Assembly: GCA_035512575.1 (NCBI GenBank)
Contig: DATKDT010000073.1
Span: forward strand, 1,519 to 65,518
Length of the DNA stretch: 64,000 bases
Origin: Vicinamibacterales bacterium
GTDB lineage: Bacteria; Acidobacteriota; Vicinamibacteria; Vicinamibacterales; SCN-69-37
Reading direction: 5' to 3'
The position numbers were made by a program, and so were the translations under genes. Below are positions 12,433 to 22,370 of this stretch, piece after piece. Position 1 is the first letter of the stretch. The number at the start of each line of letters is the position of its first letter. The notes below the pieces were generated by a model, which was given only the letters and a program-made list of their open reading frames with translations, had not been told where the DNA came from and ran no database searches.

Positions 12433-12978
12433 CTAGAACGCGATACGCGCGTGGATCGTTCTCGGACCGAAGCCGAGCGCGACGCGCCTGCCGCCCTTGT
12501 CTCGCTTCACGTCAAAGATCGTGTCACGGCCCCTGATGGCCGCATCGATGGCCCATCCTATCCCCGCGCCTATGGCTGGAACGACGATGAGGTTGCCGCC
12601 GAACGCGGCGGCTTGACAGGTGGGCGCAATAAGGTCTGAGCCGCAGTCGGTTGTGGCGAACGACAGGACGCCCCCGAGCAGGCCCACCAAAGCGCCGTTC
12701 ATCGCGCCGTTGGCTGCCGAGTCCGGTTTCTGCACCTTCGCTACATCGTCCAGGAGTACTGTCCGCTGGCCCGAGCGGGTGGAAACGACCATCGACGTGC
12801 TGGTGATCTGGCCTGCAGTGCCATCCACGCTCTCACCAGCCGAGGTCGTCACGTAAATGGGCGCGCCAGTCCGCACCTTGCGGGCCCAGTCGGGAACGGT
12901 GGTTTGTGCCAGGGCCGCCGAAGGCACGGCCAGGCCCAGTAGGACGAGAGTGATGTTCACTGTGGTTGTTTTCGTCAT
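12433..12978 (-). CDS. hypothetical secreted/outer-membrane protein with Gly-zipper segment (paralog B)
   Basis: Same architecture as 11742-12305 and colinear with it (PDWARKVRTG...VTTSAGESVDGTAG...VAKVQKPDS...ARIAF). Confidence 0.6.
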   Translation of the reverse strand: MTKTTTVNITLVLLGLAVPSAALAQTTVPDWARKVRTGAPIYVTTSAGESVDGTAGQITSTSMVVSTRSGQRTVLLDDVAKVQKPDSAANGAMNGALVGLLGGVLSFATTDCGSDLIAPTCQAAAFGGNLIVVPAIGAGIGWAIDAAIRGRDTIFDVKRDKGGRRVALGFGPRTIHARIAF

Positions 12979-13044
12979 AGGGCGTAGTGAAGGGATCTCC
13001 GGAGAGCGTTACGGCCCGCAATCGGGCATAATCGCCGTCATTCG

Positions 13045-13914
13045 ATGACCCCACCCAGCCGGCCCCACTCCCGCCTTCTGGCCGCGCTCTGTCTCTGCCT
13101 CGGCGCGGTCGCGCTGCACGCCGCCCAGCCCGCGCCGCTCGACGTCATGTCCTTCAACATCCGCTACGGCACGGCGAACGACGGCGAGAACAGCTGGCCG
13201 GCGCGCCGCGGGCTCCTCTTCGACGTCATACGGGAACAGAACACCGACGTCATCGGCCTGCAGGAGGCGCTCGACTTCCAGATCGACGAGATCGTCGCCG
13301 CGGCGCTGTCGTACGCGGTCGTCGGCGTCGGGCGCGACGATGGGGCAAGAAAAGGCGAGTATGCGGCCATCCTGTTCCGGAAGGACCGCCTGCACGTCGC
13401 GGCTTCCGGCACGTTCTGGTTCTCGGATACGCCTGAAACGGTGGCGTCGAAGACGTGGGGCAACCGCATCACGCGCATCTGCACGTGGGCGCGCCTCGTC
13501 GACCGCGACGGCCGCGCGTTCTGGGTCTACAACGTGCACCTCGATCACGAGTCGCAGCCGTCGCGCGTGAAGAGCGTGGCGCTGCTGCGCGAGCGCATCG
13601 ACGCCCGCGCGTTTCCGGGCGAGCCGGTGATAGTCACGGGCGACTTCAACGTCGGCGAAGCGAATCCCGCGCTCGGCGCGTTGACGGCCGGCGGCGCGTT
13701 CGTGGACACGTTCCGCGTGGCGCACCCGGACGAGAAGACCGCGGGTACATTCACCGGCTTCCGTTACGGGCAGACGGGCGGCGACAAGATCGACTACATC
13801 TTCGTGCAGCCGGGCGCAGCCGTCCTCTCGGCCGCCATCGTCCGGACGAGCCGCGACAACCGCTATCCGTCCGACCACTTCCCGGTGGCCGCGCGCGTCG
13901 CGTTCGGCAACTGA
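13045..13914 (+). CDS. endonuclease/exonuclease/phosphatase (EEP) family protein, secreted
   Basis: Signal peptide. EEP-like motifs SFNIRYG, IGLQE, NVHLDH and SDHFPV. Confidence 0.8.
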   Translation: MTPPSRPHSRLLAALCLCLGAVALHAAQPAPLDVMSFNIRYGTANDGENSWPARRGLLFDVIREQNTDVIGLQEALDFQIDEIVAAALSYAVVGVGRDDGARKGEYAAILFRKDRLHVAASGTFWFSDTPETVASKTWGNRITRICTWARLVDRDGRAFWVYNVHLDHESQPSRVKSVALLRERIDARAFPGEPVIVTGDFNVGEANPALGALTAGGAFVDTFRVAHPDEKTAGTFTGFRYGQTGGDKIDYIFVQPGAAVLSAAIVRTSRDNRYPSDHFPVAARVAFGN

Positions 13915-14016
13915 CGGCATGTCACTGGCGTCCCACACGCGCGTAGGAGCGTACGTCGCTGTCAAGATGGTGCCGGCGCGGCTGGTCGACGGCGATATAC
14001 TCCCGGAACCCGCATA

Positions 14017-16710
14017 GTGAAACACACACCCGGAACCCGCCTGGGGCCGTACGAAGTGATCGCGCCCATTGGCGCCGGCGGCATGGGCGAGGTCTATCGT
14101 GCGCGCGACACGCGATTGAATCGCGACGTCGCGATCAAGGTGCTGCCCGAGATGTTCGCCCTCGATGCCGAGCGCATCGCCCGCTTCGAGCGCGAGGCCC
14201 AGGTACTCGCGTCGCTCAATCACCCTCACATCGCCCAGGTGCACGGCGTCATCGACGCGCCGCCCGCGCTGGTGATGGAATTCGTGGGCGGGGAAGACCT
14301 CGCCGCGCGTCTCCGGCGCGGCCCCATTCCCGTGCCCGAAGCGCTCGCGCTCGCCGCCCAGATCGCCGAGGCGCTTGCCGCGGCGCACGACCGCGGCATC
14401 GTCCACCGCGATCTCAAGCCGGCCAACGTCAAGGTGACTGACGACGGCGTGGTGAAGGTGCTGGACTTCGGGCTGGCCAAAGCGCTCGAGACGCCCGCCG
14501 CGCCAGGGGCCGCGTTGATGGACTCGCCGACCATCACGAGCCCCGCGGCCATGACGCGCATGGGCGTGATTCTCGGCACGGCCGCCTACATGTCGCCGGA
14601 GCAGGCCAGGGGAAAGACCGTCGATCGGTCGGCCGACCTCTGGGCGTTTGGCGCGCTGTTGTACGAGCTGCTGACCGGAAAGGCGGCGTTCGAGGGCGAA
14701 ACCGTCACCGACGTGCTTGCGGCCATTGTCACGCGCGATCCGGACTGGAGCGCGCTGCCGGCAGACACGCCGCCGGGCGTGGTGCGGCTGCTGCGCCGCT
14801 GCCTGAATCGCGATCGGCGCGGCCGCCTCGCTGACGCCGGCGAGGCGCGCTTCCAGATCGAGGAGGCGCTTGCCGCGCCGGCCGCCGGTACAGGCGTGGA
14901 CGACAGCGCGCGCAGGCCGTCGCGCGCCATGGCGCTGGCGCCATGGGGCGTCGCGGCCGTGCTCGCCATCGCCTTGATCGCTGCGCTCTGGCCGCGCCCC
15001 GCGGCGCCGCGCCCGGCGATGACGCACGTCAGCATCGAGGCGCCGCCCCGCGCCGTCGTGTCGACGGTGCTGCGTCCCTCACTCTCCATTTCCAGCGACG
15101 GCAACGCGATCGCGTTCATTGCGACGTCGAGCGGCGTCGACCGTCTGTATGTGCGCGCCGGGGATCAGTTCGAGGCGCGACTGCTCGACGGCACGGAAGG
15201 CGCGTCGAACCCCGCGATTTCGCCCGACGGCCGCTGGGTCGCCTTTTCCACGGCCAGCAAGGTCTACAAAATCCCGGTCACGGGCGGCGCGAAGATCGAG
15301 ATCGCGACCGTCAACGATCCGCGCGGCGTGAGCTGGGACACCGATGCGGCGCTCCTGATCACGCCGAACTGGGTCGGCGGGATCGTTCGCGTGCCGGCGA
15401 ACGGGGGAGCCTCGTCGGTGGTGACGTCGCCGGTCACGGAGAAGGAGCGCACGCACCGCTGGCCCCAGGCGCTGCCGGGCGGCAAGGCCGTGCTCTTCAC
15501 GGTCGGCGACTTCGACAATCCGGACAACTACTTCAACGCGCGCATCGATCTCCATGTGATTGCGACCGGCGAGCGCAAGACGCTGATCAACGGCGCCGAG
15601 ATGGCGAGGTATTCGCCGACCGGCCATCTCGTCTACGGCAGGGACGGGTCGCTGTTCGCCGTGCCGTTCGACGCCCAGCGCCTCGAGGTCGGCGCCGCGT
15701 CCGAGCGCCTCATCCAGGGTGTGTCTGGCGACAACACGAGCGGCGCCGTGCATTTCGACCTCTCGCCGGCGGGCACCCTTGCGTATGTCGCCTCGGGCGG
15801 CAATCAGACGTCGACGCGGCTGGCGTGGGTGGATCGCACGGGGCGCGTCGAGTACCTCGACGTGCCGGCCGGCGCGTACGCCGATCCCGCCATTTCTCCG
15901 GACGGCCGCCGAGTCGCGGTCTCGGTGATCGCGGGCGGCGGGCGCGACATCTGGATCTACAGCCTCGAACGCAGGACCTTCACGCGCGCGACGTTCGGCG
16001 GCCAGAACGCCACGCCGCTGTGGTCGGCCGACGGCGCATGGATTTACTACGTCTCGCTCGACCCGTCCGGGTCGTCGGCGACTATCTGGCGGCGCGCCGC
16101 CGACGGCAGCCGCGATGCCGAATCGCTGGTCAATCTGCCGCACCTGTTGTACCTGAACTCCATCAGCCGCGACGGCCGCGTCGCGTTCTTCGATCACTCG
16201 CACGCCGCGACGAGGGAGTCGGATATCGGATATGTCGCGCTCGAAAAGGAGGCGGCCGAAAGACCGCTGATCTCGACCCCGGCCCCTGAGTACCTGGGTA
16301 TGTTGTCTCCCGACGGGCGCTGGATCGCCTACGAGAGCCACGAATCGTCGCGAGCCGAGACCTACGTCCGTCCTGCCGATCCAGCCGCCAGCGGCCGCTG
16401 GCAGGTCTCCACGACGGGCGGCCGCGAGCCGAAGTGGTCGCGCGACGGCAGGACTCTGTACTACCGGTTCGACAACCTGCTGCTCGCGGTGGACGTGGAT
16501 GCCGCTGGCGCCGGCTTTCAGAGCGGCGTCCCGAGGCAGGTTCTCACGAACGTGTACGATCCGCGGTTCGCAACGGGCCTGGCCTATGACGTCCATCCGG
16601 ACGGGCGCTTCATCATGATTCGGCGCGCCGACGAGGAGTCTGTCAGCAACACGATCCGCCTGATCGTCAACTGGTTCGACGAGCTGAAGCGGATTGGATC
16701 GGGACGATGA
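14017..16710 (+). CDS. Ser/Thr protein kinase with C-terminal TolB-like beta-propeller repeats
   Basis: Hanks kinase motifs GAGGMGEVYRA, VAIK, HRDLKPANV, DFGLA and SPEQ. A TM segment is followed by repeated ISPDGRxVAF-type propeller blades. Confidence 0.9.
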   Translation: MKHTPGTRLGPYEVIAPIGAGGMGEVYRARDTRLNRDVAIKVLPEMFALDAERIARFEREAQVLASLNHPHIAQVHGVIDAPPALVMEFVGGEDLAARLRRGPIPVPEALALAAQIAEALAAAHDRGIVHRDLKPANVKVTDDGVVKVLDFGLAKALETPAAPGAALMDSPTITSPAAMTRMGVILGTAAYMSPEQARGKTVDRSADLWAFGALLYELLTGKAAFEGETVTDVLAAIVTRDPDWSALPADTPPGVVRLLRRCLNRDRRGRLADAGEARFQIEEALAAPAAGTGVDDSARRPSRAMALAPWGVAAVLAIALIAALWPRPAAPRPAMTHVSIEAPPRAVVSTVLRPSLSISSDGNAIAFIATSSGVDRLYVRAGDQFEARLLDGTEGASNPAISPDGRWVAFSTASKVYKIPVTGGAKIEIATVNDPRGVSWDTDAALLITPNWVGGIVRVPANGGASSVVTSPVTEKERTHRWPQALPGGKAVLFTVGDFDNPDNYFNARIDLHVIATGERKTLINGAEMARYSPTGHLVYGRDGSLFAVPFDAQRLEVGAASERLIQGVSGDNTSGAVHFDLSPAGTLAYVASGGNQTSTRLAWVDRTGRVEYLDVPAGAYADPAISPDGRRVAVSVIAGGGRDIWIYSLERRTFTRATFGGQNATPLWSADGAWIYYVSLDPSGSSATIWRRAADGSRDAESLVNLPHLLYLNSISRDGRVAFFDHSHAATRESDIGYVALEKEAAERPLISTPAPEYLGMLSPDGRWIAYESHESSRAETYVRPADPAASGRWQVSTTGGREPKWSRDGRTLYYRFDNLLLAVDVDAAGAGFQSGVPRQVLTNVYDPRFATGLAYDVHPDGRFIMIRRADEESVSNTIRLIVNWFDELKRIGSGR

Positions 16711-19361
16711 CGCTGGCCCCGGGAACACGGCTTGGCCCCTACGAGATCACCGGCGTCGTCGGCGCCGGCGGCATGGGCGAGGTCTATCGCGCGCGTGACG
16801 CCAGGTTGAATCGCGACGTCGCGATCAAGATCCTGCCGGAGTTGTTCGCGGCCGACCCGGAGCGGATGGGCCGATTCGAGCGCGAGGCGCAGGCCGTCGC
16901 CGCGCTGTCGCACCCGAACATCCTCGCCATTCACGATTTCGGCCGCGACGGCGCGACGTCGTACGCCGTGATGGAGCTGCTCGAAGGCGAAACGCTGCGC
17001 GAGCGGATCTCGTCGGCGCCGCAGCCCGTGCGCAGGGCGACGGAGCTGGCCGTCCAGATTGCCCGCGGTCTCGCCGCCGCGCACGAGCGCGGGATCGTGC
17101 ACCGCGATCTCAAGCCCGAGAATCTGTTCGTCACCCGCGACGGCCACGTGAAAATTCTGGACTTCGGGCTGGCGCGCCAGGCCGGCGCGATGGAGCCGTC
17201 GGCTCTCACCGTGCCGGTAACCGATCCCGGCACCGTGCTCGGCACGGTCGGCTACATGTCGCCGGAGCAGGTGCGCGGCCGGCAGGTCGACTCGCGCTCC
17301 GACATCTTCGCGTTCGGCTGCGTGCTCTACGAACTGCTGACGGGCACGCGCGCGTTTGCCCGCGAGAGCGCGGCCGAGACGATGTCGGCCATCGCGCGGG
17401 AAGAGCCGCCCGCGCCCGTCTCGGCGCTGGGCCCCATTCCGCCCTCGCTCGAGCGGATCGTCGCGCGGTGCCTCGAGAAGGATCCTGGCGCCCGTTTCCA
17501 GTCGTGCCACGATCTGGCGTTCGCGCTCGAGAGCGCAAGCGTGGACTCGGCCTCGCACCTGGCATCGGACGCGGCCGCGCCCCTGCGCGACGCGTCCGCG
17601 CGGCGGTACGTGCCGTGGGCAGTGGCGGCACTCGCGGTGATGCTGGCGGGCTGGACCGCGTTCCGGCCGGCGGCGCGCGCCGAGAGCTTCGAGCTCGCGA
17701 TCCCGGCTCCGGCCGGCGCCCGCTTCAAGATCGGCAGCAACTCGGGCAACGTCATCATCTCGCCCGACGGCGCCCGCGTGGCGTTCGTCGCGGCCTCGGA
17801 GGGCAGCCCGCTGCTCTGGGTGCGGTCGCTGGAGCGGGACGACCCGCGCGCGCTGCCGGGGACGGAGGGCGCGTCGTACCCGTTCTGGGCGCCTGACGGC
17901 AGGGCGATTGGATTTTTTGCGCGCGGCAAGCTGCGCACGGTCGACGTCGCCGGCGGCGTGCCGCAGGTGCTGGCCGACGCGCCCGGGGGCCGCGGCGGCA
18001 GTTGGGGCGCAGACGGCACCATCCTGTTCACGCCCGTGGGCGGCGGGACGATCGTCCGCGTCGCGGCCACCGGCGGCGCCGTCACACCGGTGACCACGCG
18101 CGATGAGGCGCGAGGCGAGAACGCGCACTACTGGCCGCACCACCTGCCCGACGGGGTGTCGTTCCTCTATTTCGTCCGGAGCACGCAGCCCGAGAACAAC
18201 GGCATCTATCTGGGCCGGGTCGACGGCTCGCGGCCGCCGGCGCTGCTGGTGTCGTCGCTGTCGAGCGGGCTCTACGCGCCCGACACGACAGGCGGACGCG
18301 GGCACATGCTCTGGGTGCGCAACGACGATCTTGTCGCGCAGCCGTTCGACGCCGGGGAGGGCACGCTCAACGGCACGCCGAAGGTCGTGGCGTCAGGTGT
18401 GCGTGTCGAAGACAGCCAGCGGCTCACCTTTGCCAGTGCCTCGTCGACCGGCACGATGATCTGGGCGGATCCGAGAGCGGCCACATCCGTGCTCATGTGG
18501 ATGGACCGCGACGGACGCCGCGGCACACCGCTGTCGCTGGAGCCCGGCAAGTTCGTGCAGCTCTCCCTCTCGCCCGGCGACGGGCGCCTGCTGTTCTCGC
18601 GTCCGGTCGAAGGGACCGCCGACATCTGGACCTACGACATCGCCTCTGAGATTGCGCGGCGGGTTACCACGCATCCCGACTACGACGAGCTCGGCTTCTG
18701 GTCGCCTGACGGCCGCTCGGTGGTGTATCGCGGGACTCTCGACGGTGAGCAGGCGATTATCCGTGCGGCGCTCGACGGATCGTCGCCGCTCGTGGCCCTC
18801 GTAAAAGGAGAGGTCGAGTCGCTCTCGCAGTGGGCTCCGGGGGGCCACATCCTGTTCGCCGCGAATCGGGGCGGGACGAGCGTGGACCTGTGGGCGGTAC
18901 CCGCGACGGGAAAGGGCGAGGCCGAGAGGGTCACGTCCGATCCGGGCTCTGAATCGGCCGGCGCCATTTCGCCGGACAGCAGATGGGTCGCCTTTCAGTC
19001 GGATCGTACCGGCCGCGACGAGATTTACGTGGCCGCTCTGGCGAACGCCGGCGGCCGTCTCCGGCTCGGCAGCGCGCCCACGCCCGTCTCGGCGTCGGGC
19101 GGCATCCGGCCGGTCTGGCGCGCCGATGGCCGCGAGTTGTTCTTCGGCGCGCCCGACAACACCATCTACGCGGCGCCCATGACGGTGACCAGCGCCGGCC
19201 TGAGCGCCGGCCGCCCCGCCGCGCTGTTCAGGACCAATGGGCAGCTCCCGGACGACTGGACGCCGACGGCCGACGGCAAGCGGTTCATCGTCGTCGATTT
19301 TCCCTACGCTGCCTCGCAGGTCATTCACGTTCTCGTCAACTGGCACGCCCGGCTGCAGTAG
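16707..19361 (+). CDS. Ser/Thr protein kinase with C-terminal TolB-like beta-propeller repeats (paralog)
   Basis: Same motif set (GAGGMGEVYRA, HRDLKPENL, DFGLA). ATGA overlap with the upstream kinase. Propeller repeats of the ISPDGARVAF, WAPDGRAIGF and ISPDSRWVAF type. Confidence 0.9.
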   Translation: MTLAPGTRLGPYEITGVVGAGGMGEVYRARDARLNRDVAIKILPELFAADPERMGRFEREAQAVAALSHPNILAIHDFGRDGATSYAVMELLEGETLRERISSAPQPVRRATELAVQIARGLAAAHERGIVHRDLKPENLFVTRDGHVKILDFGLARQAGAMEPSALTVPVTDPGTVLGTVGYMSPEQVRGRQVDSRSDIFAFGCVLYELLTGTRAFARESAAETMSAIAREEPPAPVSALGPIPPSLERIVARCLEKDPGARFQSCHDLAFALESASVDSASHLASDAAAPLRDASARRYVPWAVAALAVMLAGWTAFRPAARAESFELAIPAPAGARFKIGSNSGNVIISPDGARVAFVAASEGSPLLWVRSLERDDPRALPGTEGASYPFWAPDGRAIGFFARGKLRTVDVAGGVPQVLADAPGGRGGSWGADGTILFTPVGGGTIVRVAATGGAVTPVTTRDEARGENAHYWPHHLPDGVSFLYFVRSTQPENNGIYLGRVDGSRPPALLVSSLSSGLYAPDTTGGRGHMLWVRNDDLVAQPFDAGEGTLNGTPKVVASGVRVEDSQRLTFASASSTGTMIWADPRAATSVLMWMDRDGRRGTPLSLEPGKFVQLSLSPGDGRLLFSRPVEGTADIWTYDIASEIARRVTTHPDYDELGFWSPDGRSVVYRGTLDGEQAIIRAALDGSSPLVALVKGEVESLSQWAPGGHILFAANRGGTSVDLWAVPATGKGEAERVTSDPGSESAGAISPDSRWVAFQSDRTGRDEIYVAALANAGGRLRLGSAPTPVSASGGIRPVWRADGRELFFGAPDNTIYAAPMTVTSAGLSAGRPAALFRTNGQLPDDWTPTADGKRFIVVDFPYAASQVIHVLVNWHARLQ

Positions 19362-19453
19362 CGGCCCGCGCGTCCACTATGATGAGGGCGTGTCTGCGCC
19401 TCTCATCCAAGCCCTCGGCTTCGCCAGCTTCAGCCGCGCCGTGAAGTGAAGAT

Positions 19454-21829
19454 ATGTCGCAGCCGCAATTCGGGCGATACACCGTCCTTGGCGACCTTGG
19501 CGTCGGCGGGATGGGACGTGTGTTTCGCGCGTTTGACCCGGCGCTTCAGCGCGAGGTGGCCATCAAGATCCTTCGCCACGACCTGCCTGGCAAGACCGGT
19601 GATCTGATTGCCGAGGCGCGTGCGGCATCCGCGCTGAACCACGCAAACATCTGCACGATCTTCGATGTGGGTCTGGTCGATGGCTCGCCCTTTGTCGCCA
19701 TGGAGCTTGTCGATGGACATCCGTTAAGCGATTTGCTGAGCAGGGGCGCCCTTCCGCGCGAACGGGTGCTCAGGCTGGGCGTACAAATCGCGGCCGCCCT
19801 GGCCCACGCGCACGAGCAGGGCGTCGTACACGGCGACCTCAAGGGCCAGAATGTGCTGGTCACGCCACGCGACGAAGTGAAGCTGCTGGACTTCGGCCTG
19901 GCGAAGCGCCTGGACCCCGTGTCGGTCGATTCAATCACACGGTCGGCAGACGAAGTCCTGGGAGAGATGGCCGGCACGCTGCCGTTCATGTCGCCGGAGA
20001 CGCTCCGCGGCACACCGGCATCGACGGCATCCGACGTCTGGTCATTCGGCGTGCTGTTGCACGAGATGACGTCGGGAGCCAGACCGTTTGACGGTCCCAC
20101 AGCGGCAGCGACGGCGTCGGCAATCATGAACGACGCGCCACATCCGTTGCCGTCGTCGACCCCTCCGGCCCTGGCCGCGGTGATCGGGCGCTGCCTCGAG
20201 AAGCAGCCGCCCAGGCGATATCGCTCAGCCCGCGAATCTCTCGCTGCGCTCGAACCGCTGGTGTCAGATGCCACGACAGGCGCGCGGAACGTTGACGATC
20301 TGCCGCGCCCTCACTCGACGGGCCGCCGCAGAGCGACACTGGCTCTTGTTGGCATCCTGATCGCCGCGGGAGTTGGCCTGGTCTGGCAGCAGAACGGACC
20401 GAGGTCGCCAGCCGGACCCGCGCTTGGCAAGGTGACATCCCTCATCGTCCTGCCGTTCGACAATCTCTCCGGAAGCGCTGATGAAGATTACTTTGCGGAC
20501 GGGATGACCGAGGCGCTCATCACGGACCTGTCGCGTATCCCATCGCTGACCGTCATTTCGCGCACGTCGTCCATCCGCTACAAGGCGATGGGGAAGACGT
20601 CATCAGAGATGGCATCCGATCTGAGCGTCGGCGCGATCGTCGAGGGCACAGTGCTGCGGTCCGAGGGCCGGGTGCGCATCAGCGTGCGCCTGGTGGACGC
20701 GGCGAGCGATCGCAATGTCTGGGGGCGCGAGTACACCAGGGACTTGAGAGACGTGCTGGCGCTGCAGGGAGAGGTGGCGCGCGCAATCGCGTCGGAAATC
20801 CGCGCGTCGTTCGCGCCGGCTGATGAAGCGCGGCTGGCGGGCGCTGCTCGAGTCAATCCGATCGCACTCGAGGAATTCCTTAAAGGCCGGCACCATTGGA
20901 ACCGGCGAACAACGGAAGGACTCACACAGGCCGCGGATCACTTCCGGCGCGCCATCGGCGTGGATCCCGACTACGGGCCTGCTCACGCCGGCCTCGCGCA
21001 ATGTTACGTGTTGTTTCCGGCTTTCCCGCTCTCGGCGATGTCCCCGTCCGACGCATTGCCACTCGCAGTGAAGGAGGCCGAACTCGCCCTGTCGCTCGAC
21101 GACAGGCTCGTCGATGCCCACGGCGCGCTGGCATATGCCCACCTGCAGATGCTCGACTATCCACGGGCCGAGGAAGGCTTCACGCGCGCGTTGGCGCTCA
21201 ATCCCAACGATGCCACGCTGCACTTCTGGTTTGCCGTGACGCTGGCGTCCATGTCGCGCTTCGATGAATCCATTGAGCACGCCCGTCGCGCGACAGCACT
21301 TGATCCCGTGTCCCCGATCATCGCAAGCGGCCTGTCGTTTGTGCACCACCTGGCCGGGCGGTTCGATCTCGAAGTTGAAGCGGCGCAGGCGGCCCTTCGC
21401 CTGGAGCCGAGCTTCATGATGGGCAGATACCGGCTGGGGATGGGTTACCTGCACCAGAGGCGCATCACGGAAGCCATCGGTGAACTCGAAGCCGCGCGTG
21501 CGGCGTCCGACAATCTTGACCTGCTGGCGACGATGGCGTATGCGAAAGGGCTTGCAGGACAACGCCGAGAAGCGATCGAGGCACTCAAGACCTTGACCAC
21601 CCTTCAGGCTGCAGGCACGCAGTACGTCTCGCCATACGCGATCGCGCTGGTGCACCTCGGGTTGGATCAGCGCGAAGACGCGCTGACGTGGCTCTCGAAA
21701 GCTGTGGATAGCAAAGCATGGGGCGCGGCGTTCCTGGCTGTTGAACCGGTCTGGGATCCGCTGCGCTCCGATCCGAGGTTTGCGGCACTCGTGGCGCGGA
21801 CACAATCCATCAGCCGTGGCGGCCAATAG
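19454..21829 (+). CDS. Ser/Thr protein kinase with TM segment, TolB-N-like module and TPR repeats
   Basis: Kinase motifs GVGGMGRVFRA, HGDLKGQNV and DFGLA. TM segment LALVGILIAAGVGLVW. Then LPFDNLSG...YFADGMTEALITDLS, followed by TPR-like repeats. Confidence 0.85.
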   Translation: MSQPQFGRYTVLGDLGVGGMGRVFRAFDPALQREVAIKILRHDLPGKTGDLIAEARAASALNHANICTIFDVGLVDGSPFVAMELVDGHPLSDLLSRGALPRERVLRLGVQIAAALAHAHEQGVVHGDLKGQNVLVTPRDEVKLLDFGLAKRLDPVSVDSITRSADEVLGEMAGTLPFMSPETLRGTPASTASDVWSFGVLLHEMTSGARPFDGPTAAATASAIMNDAPHPLPSSTPPALAAVIGRCLEKQPPRRYRSARESLAALEPLVSDATTGARNVDDLPRPHSTGRRRATLALVGILIAAGVGLVWQQNGPRSPAGPALGKVTSLIVLPFDNLSGSADEDYFADGMTEALITDLSRIPSLTVISRTSSIRYKAMGKTSSEMASDLSVGAIVEGTVLRSEGRVRISVRLVDAASDRNVWGREYTRDLRDVLALQGEVARAIASEIRASFAPADEARLAGAARVNPIALEEFLKGRHHWNRRTTEGLTQAADHFRRAIGVDPDYGPAHAGLAQCYVLFPAFPLSAMSPSDALPLAVKEAELALSLDDRLVDAHGALAYAHLQMLDYPRAEEGFTRALALNPNDATLHFWFAVTLASMSRFDESIEHARRATALDPVSPIIASGLSFVHHLAGRFDLEVEAAQAALRLEPSFMMGRYRLGMGYLHQRRITEAIGELEAARAASDNLDLLATMAYAKGLAGQRREAIEALKTLTTLQAAGTQYVSPYAIALVHLGLDQREDALTWLSKAVDSKAWGAAFLAVEPVWDPLRSDPRFAALVARTQSISRGGQ

Positions 21830-21869
21830 TGTGAAGGGCGACGGCCCGCGCCTCCACTATGATGGGGCC

Positions 21870-22370
21870 GTGCCTCCGTCTGTGATCCGCGCCCTCGGTC
21901 TCGCCGGCTCCCTCATCTATGCCGCCTTCATCGTCTGGCTCTATGCCACGGGGCCGGCGACGATGGCGGAGGTCACCGGCGGCGTCGCTGCCGGCTTCAA
22001 CGCCTATCGCGCCGACGAGGCGAGCTTTCAGGAGGGGCTTGGTTTGTTTCGCGCCGACAACTTCGAGGCGGCGCGCACCGCGTTCGATCGCGCCGATCCG
22101 GCGAAGCGCGACGCGCGAGCGCAGTTCTATGTGGCGTACAGCTATTACCGGCAGGGATGGGGCCGGCTCTGGAATGACGATGCGCTGTTCAGGAAGGGCC
22201 TGGAGGCGCTCGATCGGGCGGTGAAGGCCGACCCGTCCGGCCGGGTTGTCGTCGCGGACGGCAATCTGGGGATGACGACGTCCGACGAGCTGCGGGCGGA
22301 GCTCGAGGACGGCATCAGGCGCGACGCGTCCGACTACAACCCGCTGCGCGTGATGAGGAAGCGCAAGTGA
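21870..22370 (+). CDS. hypothetical membrane-anchored protein (TPR-like C-terminus)
   Basis: Part of ORF 21741-22370. GTG 21870 is proposed as the start (VPPSVIRALGLAGSLIYAAFIVWLY, a TM segment). The start is uncertain. The 5' end is duplicated at 19361-19429. Confidence 0.4.
   Translation: MPPSVIRALGLAGSLIYAAFIVWLYATGPATMAEVTGGVAAGFNAYRADEASFQEGLGLFRADNFEAARTAFDRADPAKRDARAQFYVAYSYYRQGWGRLWNDDALFRKGLEALDRAVKADPSGRVVVADGNLGMTTSDELRAELEDGIRRDASDYNPLRVMRKRK

Noticed and set aside
13009-18305. Very long minus-strand ORFs (13009-15027, 15079-16728, 16584-18305) opposite the EEP and kinase genes
   Set aside because: Same off-frame high-GC composition (runs of R, G, A, P, H). The plus-strand frames carry complete Hanks kinase motif sets.
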